From: Octopus bimaculoides
Lineage: Eukaryota
Assembly (NCBI RefSeq): GCF_001194135.2
Contig: NC_068989.1
Location: forward strand, 15,498,104 to 15,562,103
DNA length: 64,000 nucleotides
Direction of reading: 5' to 3'
In this document: positions 10,822-23,079 of the stretch, piece after piece
Layout: each line of letters opens with the position of its first letter
Position numbering within the stretch: position 1 is the first letter of the stretch
Notes under the pieces: model-generated
Told to the model about the DNA's origin: nothing
The model's input: the letters and a program-made list of their open reading frames with translations, nothing else
The model's database searches: none
Made by a program: the position numbers and the translations under genes

Positions 10822-12803
10822 TGAGAGCTAAACTACATATTATAGAAATATGGTGAAGCCTCAATGGAGGTCTCAGTCTGCTAGGCATGGCAGTCAAATA
10901 TCGTTAAAATGACACCCTAGTGTGTTAAAGGAAGAAAAAAAATTTAGTCGCTACACATCATTAAAAAACGCGATATAGTCTCGACTGAAACGTAGAACAA
11001 AGATGATCTACCTCTCAATAACAACTACAACAGCATCGTATAATTCATTCTGATCACTTAATCACTCGATCGTCAGTATACTCCAGAATCAATCAACTTT
11101 ATACAATGGAGTACCTCTGTCGTACAGAGAAAAGAATATTGATGTTTTAGGATTAAACCTTCAACCGTGGCTATCTGTGTATTGGTGAAGAGAACGTCGT
11201 TGATTATTCACAAAACATAGTAACTTTTTCTTATTGCCCTTCAAGTCATTATAGTGCTGGCTTGAACTAGACACGTTAATTATATTGCCGTTATTATTAC
11301 TAACCATTGTCGTTCTACTTCCTGTTGTCCCAACGAAAAGTAATAGCATTCAATAATCTGTTTTCTATGAGCTGCATTTCTAGACGTTGTCTCATTTGAA
11401 CTTCTTTGCTGCAGACTTGGACTTGAAACACCAATTAAGTTGTCACGATATTAACCTGGCTGCTCCGCTTTCCGTCTACTCCAAAAGGGGAAGGGATTTC
11501 TTCATTAATAACTTTTCTAATTTATTACAACAATGAAAGTTTAACAATAGAGATATTTCTTCTCAACACAATTGGTCTATTTTTGCACAGGCTTCTTTAT
11601 GCTGTCAAAAACATTTGCTTTTCATAGTGAAAACTGTGTGAAGATTGAATAAGTGTGTCGAAAAGCAAAAGGATTATATTAAAGAATGAAATTTTAATAT
11701 CTCTATTGTTGTAATAAATTTAAAAATAACGTAAAAACATAGAGCGGAAACTGATTATTGAAATCTATTCTTCTTTGGAATAAACGAAAAGCAGACAACC
11801 ATAATTAACATAACAACTTCTTAACGTTTCAAGTCCAAGCCTGCATCATAATAACTAAAAGAGAAGCCATTTCTATCGATGCACGCATAAGTCATTCAAC
11901 CGCCAATACGAGAAGTTCTAAGGTCATTGCAAATAATTTAATGTCTCATCCTTGTATTTTTCATGGACCAAATAGCGGTATTCCCACAGAATAAAATCAT
12001 ATTTAGGACTTTTTACAAAACTATATTGTAGTAGTTTTGTTATTGTTAATCCCAAGTCATCTCCTTTGAAGCTGGGACATAAACAAAGGGCTTCCACATG
12101 TGACAGTTCTCCCTTCATATAGCCTGGATTTACATTGTCCAATAAATGCTTCTTCGAAATGGTAGGGACTGATTTGAGACAGATGTAGCTGATATTTCTA
12201 ACAGATCAAGCTATGCGATAGAGGTTTTCGTTTTCGTTTAGAGATAGTGGTTGTGGTTTAAATGGAAATTTGTCCTGAGAGCTAAACTACATATTATAGA
12301 AATATGGAGAAGCCTCAATAGAGGTCCCAGTCTGCTAGGAATGGCAGTCAAATATCGTTGAAATGACACCCTAGTGTGTTAAAGGAAGGAAAAAGTTAAG
12401 TCGCTACACACCATTAAAATACGCGATATAGTCTCGACTGAAACGTAGAACAAAGATGATCTAATTCTCAGTAACAACTACAACAGCATCGTATAATTCA
12501 TTCTGATCACTTAATCACTTGATCGTCAATATACTCCAAAATCAATCAACCTTATACAATGGAGAAAAGAATATTGACGTTTTAGGATTAAACCTTCAAC
12601 CGTGGCTATCTGTGTATTGGTGAAGAGAACGTCGTTGATTATTCACAAAACATAGTAACTTTTTCTTATTGCCCTTCAAGTCATATGGTGCTGGCTTGGA
12701 CTAGACACGTTAATTATATTGCCGTTATTAGTACTAACCATTGTCGTTCTACTTCCGGTTGTCCCAACGAAAAATAATAGCATTCAATAATCTGTTTTCT
12801 ATG
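10822..12803. repeat. Dispersed direct duplication of about 540 bp (10822-11369 and 12276-12803)
   Basis: Collinear near-identical copies from TGAGAGCTAAACTACATATT to AATCTGTTTTCTATG. Copy 2 lacks about 18 bp. Confidence 0.9.
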
Positions 12804-13685
12804 GGCAAAGATATTTTAGATGTGGCAATCACGTCATTTTTGGAACACAATTTTTCTAAGACCACATTAGTATCTATTTTTAAAGATACTTTTTATCCTA
12901 ACAAGTATTATTATAAATTATGTGCAACCCCTTCTTTGGCTCATGCCTGCTATATTTACAAATCTCATTAAGGTTAACCTGACTTTTCATCTTCATATAA
13001 CCCAAATTGATAAAATATTTTTTTAAGTAACGTTATTGAGTAAGTACAGAATTATTCTTCCAGCTAAGAATACCAACGCATAAAACAGTTTTGTGTTTTA
13101 TCAAAATTGTTCGGCAAAGCATAGTTTGGACGAAGAAAAGCAAGGTAAATTTAAGCTTATCAAGATCTGAATCATCGACTAGAAATAAATTTTCGATTCC
13201 AACATTTTCATCTGACTTGTTTGGATTCCTAATTTCTCTGACTAAAACAAAATAGTCAGCATAAACTTATATTACGTGGCTTATTTGAAATTGAGGTGTT
13301 CCATCAATATACAAAACCAATTATTCACAAACACAAAAAAGAAAGAAAATGAATAAAGATCTAATATAACATAAAGAGAGGCAATTTTATCGGTATCTCT
13401 CATTTAATCATATACTTGATTAGAAACTTAAGACTACAGGTAGGTATTGAATGTAAGCTGTGAATAATATAACAGTTATTGTAAAGATATACAAAGAACG
13501 TTATTGATTTTCCTGCTTTTTCGTTATTTAAAGATTTCATGTCCTTCTTTAAAGTTTATTATTTGTATATTAACATTTATTTCTATCATCAACTATTCCA
13601 CACAACGCTACATTACGTAGCAGTGGATGCAGTAAGAGGAACTATGTAATTGCTTAGTTATATACTATGTTTAAAGAATTAGTGT

Positions 13686-14060
13686 GGAGGCGCAATAGCC
13701 CAGTGGTTAGGGCAGCGGACTCGCGGTCATAGGATCGCGCTTTGGATTCCCAGACCGGGCGTTGTGAGTGTTTATTGAGCGAAAACACCTAAAGCTCCAC
13801 GAGGCTCCGGCAAGGGATGGTGGCGAACCCTGCTGTACTCTTTCACCACAACTTTCTCTCACTCTTACTTCCTGTTTCTGTTGTGCCTGTAATTCAAAGG
13901 GTCACACTGTGTCACGCTGAATATCCCCGAGTACTACAGTAAGGGTACACGTGTCTGTGGAGTGCTCAGCCACTTGCACGTTAATTTCACGAGCAGGCTG
14001 TTCCGTTGATTGGATCAACTGGAATACTCGACGTCGTGAGCGGCGGAGTGCCAACAACAA
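13686..14060 (+). mobile_element. Full-length SINE family A (tRNA-derived head, (CAA)n tail) with target-site duplication
   Basis: Head GGAGGCGCAATAGCCCAGTGGTTAGGGCAGCGGACTCGCGG (A-box) and a B-box-like GGATTCCC. 13-bp TSD AAAGAATTAGTGT (13673-13685) / AAAGAATTAATGT (14059-14071). Confidence 0.92.
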
Positions 14061-14411
14061 AGAATTAATGTAAAATAGCTACATTAGGATAAATTTTAAT
14101 ATGATACGTAGTTGCTCTGGCCTGGAACTAAACAACAGCACATCATCCCATGTATTCAGTTGAATCAGCCTCAGCTGGTATGTATGTTTAGTTGATTTCC
14201 TTAGGCTTTGAATTGAGTATTATGAACAGGAACAATTTCCACAGTAAACAACAACGACCTCCTTAATTCTTCATCCACAGTGAAGCTTTTAAACATAGCA
14301 ATTGAGAAGGAAGCTCAGTAACTTTTCTCAGGGGAATAAACCATTAAACAGTCTGTGAGGAGACTCCCTTGCTTTTTTTTTCCTTGCACACCAATTTCAT
14401 TTTACCATTTA

Positions 14412-14770
14412 TCTTATTTTAGTCCATTAGACTGCAACCATGCTGGGACGCTGCATTGAAGAATTTTAGTCGGACGAATCGATCTCAGTACTTATTTTTA
14501 AAAGCCTGATACTTATTCTATTGGTTTCTTTTACCGAAATGCTGAGTTACGGGCGTAAACACATCAACATCTGTTGGAATGCGGTGGTGGGGGACAAAAA
14601 CAGACACAGAGACATATCACACACATAAATATATGCGATCGGCTTTTAGTTTCCGTTTGATCGGTCCGAGGCTCTAGTAGAAAAACTCTTGCCCAAGGTA
14701 CCACGCCGTGGGATTGAACCAGAATCATATGGTTTGGAAACAAACTTCTTACCATACAACCACTTCTATT
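14412..14770 (-). mobile_element. Diverged SINE family C copy
   Basis: Reverse complement of the 22377-22792 architecture (CTTGCCCAAGGTACCACGC; GACTGCAACCATGCTGG). Confidence 0.8.
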
Positions 14771-17090
14771 TACACTTTCAGTTCATTCACAGTTAGGCTG
14801 TATTGCGCATAAAATAGATATCGTTTCATTAAGGATGAGCCGTCAAAAGCACCAATTTGCAAATAAAAGTTATCTAAATTTTTTTCTGCTGAGAATAGAG
14901 TACAAGTATTTCTTTTCAGTAGAGATCCATGCAGCCAGCCATATTGGTACCACCATCTTTGGTATGTAGTTAACACAGACAAATTCACATTTGGAACTTG
15001 AGAAAAGTCTTGCATATTTTTACTGTTCCATTCACAATTTGGAATTCTATTGTACGAATCAGCCGCTCAATTTCTCTTTCTGAAAATCCCGCTTTAAGAT
15101 TCTCCTTTAAGCATTTACTAACAAAACCTAGTGCTCCAATTATTATTGGTATGAATATGAATTCATAGTCTGGATATAGAAGCTGAAAGTTTCGAAGGGA
15201 TTGTCCATAGATGCCTCTTTTTCTTTGATTTTCAAAGAGATGTTTATACCTGAAGGGCAGCTAAGCTCTATTATGGTACACACCTTTGCACTTCCATCCC
15301 AAACAACAATATCCGTCCTGGTATGCTTACATTTGACAGAAGATTTAATGGAAATATTCCACTAGTATTCCTTGAATTGGTATTTATAAATGTATTCCGT
15401 AACAGAGAGATTTTCTGAGTTTATTTCAGGACATTCTTTTTTGTGAATGGAATTGTAAATTGTTTTAGCAACAACATCGTGCCTCATAGGGAGGTAGTAC
15501 TGTGACATTTTAGGACAGCTGCTAATCACATGCACGATGTCTTCCACAGAAACCTCACATAGCCTACACATGCGGTTGCACCTTGGGATTACAAGAGCAT
15601 CACCATCTCTCTTGTTCACCAGGTACTTTGTGGCAATCTCCCGTTCCGGGATTGCAAACGCATAGCCTTCAAAGTGTGATGTGATGTAGTGGTCTTGTGT
15701 CCAAAAGAGGCTGCGCTTCTTGTCAATTTTACTGTCTTCAAGCTTCTGGGCAACATGCTCATGCATGGTCTTTTTTGTGTGCTTAGTGCTTTCCATCCAG
15801 GCCTTCTCTGAGGTAAGATAGCCCAGCTGTTTTGGGGCTGTATAGATCATCAGGAAGAGAGTGTTTCTTGAGGAGTTCACTGCCAACTCATACAATGTTG
15901 CTCACTTCCCTTTTCAGGACTGCATTAATATATTTATTTTTGCTGCTGTTGTTTAGCAGGTGCTGCCTGAGTGATATCATACGGCTGCACTGATCTCAGG
16001 CCTCCACCACCTTTATGCCTAAGGTAGAGCCCGTCAACATAACTGTTTCTGTGGAAGTTCCCAGTTGTTGTCAGGATTTTGTGGGTTTTGATATCTATGG
16101 AATGGATTTCCTCTACAGACCAATCAAGTATCCCAGATGTTGGGATCAGCACTGGTACTGCAAATGCATTGTGGGATATTGTTTTGCTGTAAGAGAAGAG
16201 TTCCGACTGCCATATTTTCCTCAGTCTGGTGTAATATTCTCGGGTCACTTTATCTTTATTCACAGTGCCTTCAAATGATACATTTTCTTCTATGCCTAGG
16301 TACTTGTAACATTCTTTGTGTGGAATGGGGGAAATAGAGAGACCGTTGATGCACAGGTTTTGGGTTGGGGGACTGAATTTCCTCGTTCTATGACCAAATA
16401 TGAACATTTCTTTTGGCCGAATTCCATGCCTAAATCAATTGAAAATGTAATTAATTCCACTTGTTTTTTTTTTAGCATTGTTAACACTTTTAGCATAAAT
16501 CTTCAGGTCATCTACAAAAAAATTATGAGTTACATTGATATTTCTGGCAGTTGAAGATCCTAGTATATAACCCTTTGTTTTCTACAGTAGGAACGATAAT
16601 GGATTCAGTACCAAAATGTAAAGAAGTACAGAAAGACTATCTCTCTGGAATAGTCCCTTTGAAATACCTATACTACTAGAAACAATTATTCTGTTCTCAC
16701 TTGCAAGGACGGGAATAGTTGTCTACGTCTTTGTGAGTTTCTCTATAACAGCAATTAAGCTAGTAGGTACCTTAGCCAGATGTAGGCACTTGTATACAGT
16801 TTGTACATAATGTTTAGGCAAGCAATGGACCTGTAGTTTCCTGCTATCTCGGTGATTTCATTTTTGGCAACAAGATTTGTTCTTGCTGTAGCAAGCCGAT
16901 TTGGTATATCAGTCAAAACTTCCATAGTCCTTTTGAATATACATATCAATTGGTTCCTATAAAATGTCAGCTATTAGGTCCCTTCCAGGTGCCTTCTTAT
17001 TCTATAGTTTGTTTACTGCTTTAGCGAATTTTCTGCATCAATTTTGTATGTTTTGCTGTTACAGTATTCTCTCTGAATTGTAGTTAACCA
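14771..17090 (-). pseudogene. 5'-truncated, frameshifted R4/Dong-clade non-LTR retrotransposon (RT, CCHC zinc knuckle, restriction-like endonuclease)
   Basis: GNYRSIACLNIMYKLYTS (RT1), KGLFQRDSL (RT4, cf. GLFQGDSLSP), DLGMEFGQKKC, YKYLGIEEN, GGGGL, CRLCEVSVEDIVHVISSC..RHD (CCHC + RHD), TDIVVWD..CTIIELSCP (PD-(D/E)xK). Confidence 0.88.
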
Positions 17091-17499
17091 TGATGCATGT
17101 ATGTATGTATGTATGTATGTACATCTTATATAGAAAAAAGGCGTGCATTATGTAACGTACGAAAGAGAAAACTCAAAACTAGATTTGAACTTGTAACATT
17201 TTTAGAAGAGCACTATAAAGATAAATGCTCAACGAAGTGAAACCAGGGACAAAATGATGTAGGACGAAAAATGACGTGAATAAGCGAATAAACATTAGAG
17301 AAAAAGACAAATATTTCTCTTCGGTTGCTCGCAGCAAAATTTCTCCGCCGTTTCGAACACATTATGACAAGACTATCGTGTTTACCAATGTCGATAGCCG
17401 TAATTAGAGATATATTACAAAATAAGGTGATTAACTAAATATTACAGCGACAGTACACAAGAAAAGTAAACATAATGTAATACATATATGCATACATAT

Positions 17500-17501
<2 letters not shown>

Positions 17502-17556
<55 letters not shown>
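17502..17556. repeat. (CA)n microsatellite
   Basis: Direct inspection. Confidence 0.95.
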
Positions 17557-17563
<7 letters not shown>

Positions 17564-18106
17564 GTATACATATGTAAATAAGTAATGTGTATACTGTCCA
17601 TTCGAGTAAATCTAAGTTCTAAGCCGAGACACCGCTTGTGTGTAGGTTAAACTGAATTAAATAATTAAAGAAGAGGACCAACGTAAACAGCTGTTGTTTA
17701 TGTGTTCTTGTTCGAAGAGATAGAAGGGACGAGACCTGTTTACAACTGTCTTGTCTGTTTAATTCACTTCAATTATCACACAACCAGCGGCGGTAGGCAA
17801 CTTATAACTTACTTGAAAGTACATTATAGACTCGAAACACATTGCTTATCGAGTCAGTAATTTATTAGGTTGTCACATAAATTAATACGTGCTTTTTCCG
17901 CCCTCACCGTTTATTTCAATGGTTTCCAATGTCATTTAAATTCTCACGGAAAATATTTTTATTGTAGTGTTTTACGTTTTGTTTGCATCTCTAGTCTACC
18001 TCTGCAACTTTTGTTTATCATTCTTGAAGTTTGAATAAATTTTACCTCTTTTCAGGCGTAAAACGATGGAGCGCCAAGTAGGTAAAACGAACAAATTTAT
18101 GACAAC

Positions 18107-18154
<48 letters not shown>

Positions 18155-19639
18155 GAATTAGAGGTCGAGAGGAGTTGCTGTATGGTATAGGCACAGGAGT
18201 GGCTGTGTGGTGAGTAGCTTGCTTACTAACCACATGATTCCGGGTTTATATATATATATAAAGTTAAAACTTACTTGGAAAGAAGACGCGTGCGTTCGAT
18301 CATGTAATAATACAAATAATATGTGAGTATATGCATATATACGTACATGTATGTACATACCTACATCTACATATCTGGGTACAGGACGTCACAAAAAAAC
18401 GTGGACGCACATACATGTACGTATATATGCATATACTCACATATTATTTGTATTATAATATATATATATATGTTCAAATTCATATATATGCGTGTGCATG
18501 TGTGTGCGTGTAATTAAATGAGCTGCGAAATAGTAAAAGCATTAGAATACCGATAAAGTACCTTGCGGTATTCATTTTTATTCCAGCTGCCTGCACTTGA
18601 TTTCAAATACCACCAATGTCATCTTTCCATTTATCCCTCCGGAATTGTTAAAATTACGCACACACCTGGTACTTGTGTCCACTTTAATACACTCTACTTA
18701 AAATATCACAGCTTGTAACATTATTACAAACAATTATCATTTCTATAATTTTTGTAATTGTATTAATACCATTTTGATTTCTTATTTCTTTATTTTTTAA
18801 AAATTTTGCCTCTAAATATTTTTTTCAATCTTCTGTTATTTAAAACTTAGTTTATAATTTTTCATGTTTCAAAAATGTCTTATTTATTCATTCATGTAAT
18901 TACGAATACTTTATTATTTTTTTAGTTTCCATGTTTCGTTATTCATATTTTTGTTTGGTTTTTAATCATTCCTCTATTATCTACCTGCAATAAATGACTT
19001 GATAGGTTTAGCAGTGCAGCTTTACTGGTATAGACCAGTTTTTGCTAAACCGTACAAGAAACTAAATTCAATTTAGCTCTTAAGGTTTTCAGTAAGAAAC
19101 CAAAACTATTATCTATTACTAATCCTGATTTCCAACCAAGAGCAGGACTTCAAAACACATATTAATAAATTTATGCATAAAGAAATAAAATGAAACGAGA
19201 TTGATATATACACACATAAAATCACATCACCCCAATGTTATCACTAGTAAATATATGAAAACTAATTGGAACACTAAAATAAAATTGACCTTAATTCAAG
19301 TTTAAAAGCCATACCAATTGTATGTGCTACACTGCACAGAATTACTCGGCTGGAATTCTCGCATCTTATTGTCGAAGACTATAAGTTAAGTTTTAAAGAT
19401 GCCCCAGCATGACCACAGCTGAAACGCTTAAAAATACTTAAAGATATAAAAAGTCAGGTTGATTAATCCAATTAAATTTGATGTCCGGACTATCAATAAG
19501 ATTTTTTATAGGATCATTCCCCAAGTTAGATACTCCACAACTACCATTAACGGAGAAACACTTTGAAAGTTACAAAATGGTTTGAGTCTATACCAGAAAA
19601 AATGAACGACAGATTTCTAGTTTGATATAAAAATTGCAA

Positions 19640-20300
19640 TATTTTAATCACAAAAGCGCAGATGTCTCCCGAATTCTTTACACTTTATAAGACGAAGTGA
19701 TCGAGATATTTTACATGCAAGTTAGGCTGTAGTGTTTTACTACGGGCCCATTTGGATTAACAAAAACCTTAGTCACTTTCAAGTCAGCATGTTTGTAAAT
19801 GATTCAGTGAGGTGATTGATATTATCTGCCTGTACGTTGAGCTCTGGAAGAAAACTTTCAAGAGCTAGCGGGGATTGTAACTGATTAATTTAGAATGGAT
19901 TTACAAGGCAATAAGTCAATGATGTCAAAATACTCACCAAATATCGATTTAAACTTGAACATCAACGGTTTGGATCTACAACTACAGTAAAATAAAATAT
20001 TCTGATGGAACATAACTTGCAGGGAATAACTACAAACATATACCTTAACATTGCGAATATTTGCACGAATTAGATAGCCCATATATGAATAAACAAATTC
20101 GGTTTGATTGAGACAACACAAACAACAGCATTCGCGATGTAAGCGCAGACCTTTACTATTAGAAATATTGAAAGGAATATCCCAATAAACACACTGTGGC
20201 ATGTATAATTAGCATAACTGGTATGGTTCGCCGCAATTTCTGTAAAGACATTGACGGTTTAGCTGTCAATATAGATATTGGTCCTTTCAAGAAAATAATA
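19640..20300 (-). pseudogene. Possible decayed hAT transposase C-terminal (dimerisation) region
   Basis: Minus-strand VTIPASS followed by frameshifted ESF..ELN...NxLT..F.NMLTLK resembles hAT PASSAxxERxFS. Weak. Confidence 0.3.
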
Positions 20301-20617
20301 CTAATGGGAAAAGTAAATATTATCTAAAATTTTCCACGCTGCGTTTATTAAACTGGGGAAGATTTTTAACAGTAGAAATGTTTGTAAACCTTGGATATTT
20401 ATATTAATCTTAAGCATTTTCAAGCAAACCACGAATATTTCAATGGAATCTTTCCTTCCAACCGTTTTGTTAACCTCACATTTTTGTGTTGATATTCAAC
20501 ATTTCGTTAACCACAAATGGTTCCCCAAGGCACAAGCAAATAATTTTTAATGAAAAATTCTCATGATGTTTTTAACTAAAAATGTGTAACTGAAATAATG
20601 ATAATAATAATGGTAAT

Positions 20618-20661
<44 letters not shown>

Positions 20662-21379
20662 CTTCTAGCAATACTCGAGGAAACTCCACAGTTAACACTG
20701 GTAGCTCTATGATTGTTGGAACTTTACAGAGAACCAGGAAATAACATTTCCTTTGAAATTGTATTCTCTTCTGAAGTGTTTGAAATGGTATAAAGTTCAC
20801 ACAGATGGAGAATTCTCTGAATACAATATTGTCAAGAATTATATTCTTTGTTATGCACTTGTAAACTTTTCTCATTTGAGAGTTGTTATCTATTTATATC
20901 TTTACTTCCAGAAGTGAATGCTCTGTAGAAATAACCATATACAATAGTCCATGAGAAAATACTGAATCACTTGCTTTCGCCTTTCCGTTGGGTCTGTTTT
21001 ATTAAAGACATTGAAAGTGTGTTGAAAGAATATTGTATTGAATAAACGCTTCAAACATTATTAAAGATGGAAGGAAATCGAAGACACAATTTAACTATAC
21101 ATGTTATTCTGCTACGGTATAAATACATTAGCGGTATTTTAACAAATGTTAATGTACTCTGTACTGCATTCATATCTTAATATCAGAGGAAAGTGCATAT
21201 AACTAGACATGAATCCATTCTGCTAACGTGTAATATACTGTAGTTATTCTCTTGTGCATTGGATTCTAAAAAATACATACAATAGACACGCTCGTTTATA
21301 TTTATAAACATTTAGAAGACTACAAAGACAAGGGATAATAATAATTTACATAAACTGGTGTAAACAATAAAAAGAATAG

Positions 21380-21900
21380 CAATTAACAAGAAAAAATGTA
21401 ACCATAAAACACCCTAACAGAGGGAACAACGTTCAGGGGCGACCAAGGAACTCCTCTAATCTAGAGTTAATCTGTGCACCAGGAGTATTGTTTCAAGTCC
21501 TCTTCTAAGTACAGTTTAGCTTACAGGTGCATGCTTACAGAACATTCCTCCGAGCCATTCTCGCTACATTCACCCACCGTTGTTTTTATAAATTTCCTGT
21601 GAGTGGCGCTTTCCTCTCCACCCTCGCTCCCCTTTCAAATTGGAACTTGCAAAACTGGATGTAGGCTTTACTCCTTTCAGTCTCGTTTGCCACAAAACCT
21701 CTTTTACCATAAACCCCAAAGCAGGAGAAAATTACCTGCCCTATTCCCGGCCATAGGGGCGATCTGACACAAGTCCACAAGTCAGCAATACTTGTGCACT
21801 GAGTAGAAAAGAAGAGAACTTTTGAAACCTTGAAACCGCAAGGATCTGGTCGGCATGAAGAGGGGAAATAGTGCGTTGAACGAAAGGAACAGTTCGTCTT
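21380..21900 (-). mobile_element. Tx1/L1-clade LINE 3' fragment
   Basis: ...RVERKAPLTGNL*KQRWVNVARMARRN.. matches the C-terminus of the 30.5-31.8 kb element (shared CTTACAGGTGCAT motif). Confidence 0.65.
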
Positions 21901-22330
21901 TAAGCCAAAATACTTCTCTCAAAAACTAGTTGAAAAAGAATCGAATTTAATCCAGTACGAATAGTAGACATAGAATAATTCTGCAAAAGTGTATTGGAGC
22001 GAGAAGGAATCATCTCATACAAGATTAGATAATACAACGTATATGTAGGACTTGAATAATATCAATTTATGAAGAAAGAGAAAAGAGTATCTGAGTATAA
22101 CAGGAACTGACAATGAGAAAGATTTTGATAATGTTATTAACACTTGGATTCTGGAATCATTAGACATGAGCAATAAAGAACGAATTATAGGCAGGTACAT
22201 CAAACATATCATTAATACATAATTCTACTGATACAAACAATTACGAATCCCACATCATCTCTTGTAGAAAAGCAATATTCCAAAGTAACTCGCTTCCCGA
22301 CTCTTTTCTAACCGGATTTAATACAATTAA
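21900..22330 (+). pseudogene. Possible decayed L1-type RT fragment
   Basis: ATGAGAAAGATTTTGATAATGTTATTAACACTTGGATT reads xEKDFDNVINTWI (cf. DFEKAFDxVxH). Confidence 0.3.
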
Positions 22331-22376
22331 ACAAGTTAAATCAGACTGGGTTCGATTGAAAATGTTATATGGGGAA

Positions 22377-22792
22377 AGGCATAGGAGTGGCTGTGTGATA
22401 AGTAGCTTGCTAACCAACCACATGGTTCCGGGTTCAGTCCCACTACGTGGCACCTTGGGCAAGTGTCTTCTACTATAGCCTCGGGCCGACCAAAGCCTTA
22501 TGAGTGGATTTGGTAGACGGAAACTGAAAGAAGCCCGTTGTATATATGTATATGTGTATATATGTGTGTGTGTTTGTGTATCTGTATTTGTCCCCCAACA
22601 TCGCTTGACAACCGATGCTGGTGTGTTTACGTCCCCGTAACTTAGCGGTTCAGCAAAATAGACCGATAGAATAAGTACTAGGCTTTACAAAGAATAAGTC
22701 TTGGGGTCGATTTTCTCGACTAAAGGCGGTGCTCCAGCATGGCCACAATCAAATGACTGAAACAAGTAAAAGAGAAAATGAGTAAAAGAGTA
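22377..22792 (+). mobile_element. Full-length SINE family C (tRNA-type head, CCTTGGGCAAGTGTCTTC core, internal TA/TG microsatellite, GTAAAAGA tail)
   Basis: A-box-like GTGGCTGTGTGATAAGT and B-box GGTTCAGTCC. Near-identical to the copies at 39604, 53150 and 55758. Confidence 0.92.
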
Positions 22793-22887
22793 TAACTTTT
22801 GCATACGGATAATCACAAGTTGTACGCTGAAGATGATAAACAACTGGAAATACTGCTACAGATAATAAACAGATTTACTTGAGTAAT

Positions 22888-23050
22888 GTATTTTGTCTGT
22901 CTTTACGAGTTCAAATTTCGCCGAGGTCGACTTTGCTTTTCATTCTTTTAGGTTTGGTAAATTAAGTACCAGTTGCGAATTGGAGGTCGATATAAGCGAC
23001 TGGACCCATCCCCCAAAATTTCGGGCCTTGTGCCTAGAGTAGAAAAGATT
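22888..23050 (+). mobile_element. 5'-truncated SINE family B
   Basis: GAGTTCAAATTTCGCCGAGGTCGACTTTGC...GGGCCTTGTGCCTAGAGTAGAAAAGATT. Confidence 0.85.
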
Positions 23051-23079
23051 TACTCGTGTAACTAAGATGAGATTAGGAT

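Noticed and set aside
10822-12803. Interpretation as an LTR retrotransposon or TRIM
   Set aside because: No terminal CA, TSD, PBS or PPT found. Kept only as a duplication.
13686-13765. tRNA gene
   Set aside because: The tRNA-like region is the head of SINE A. It continues into the SINE body, has a TSD and lacks a complete acceptor stem.
20576-20875. Possible R4-like 3' end next to (AAT)n
   Set aside because: Only a vague resemblance (KVPTIIEL). The diagnostic GTAxILR motif is absent.
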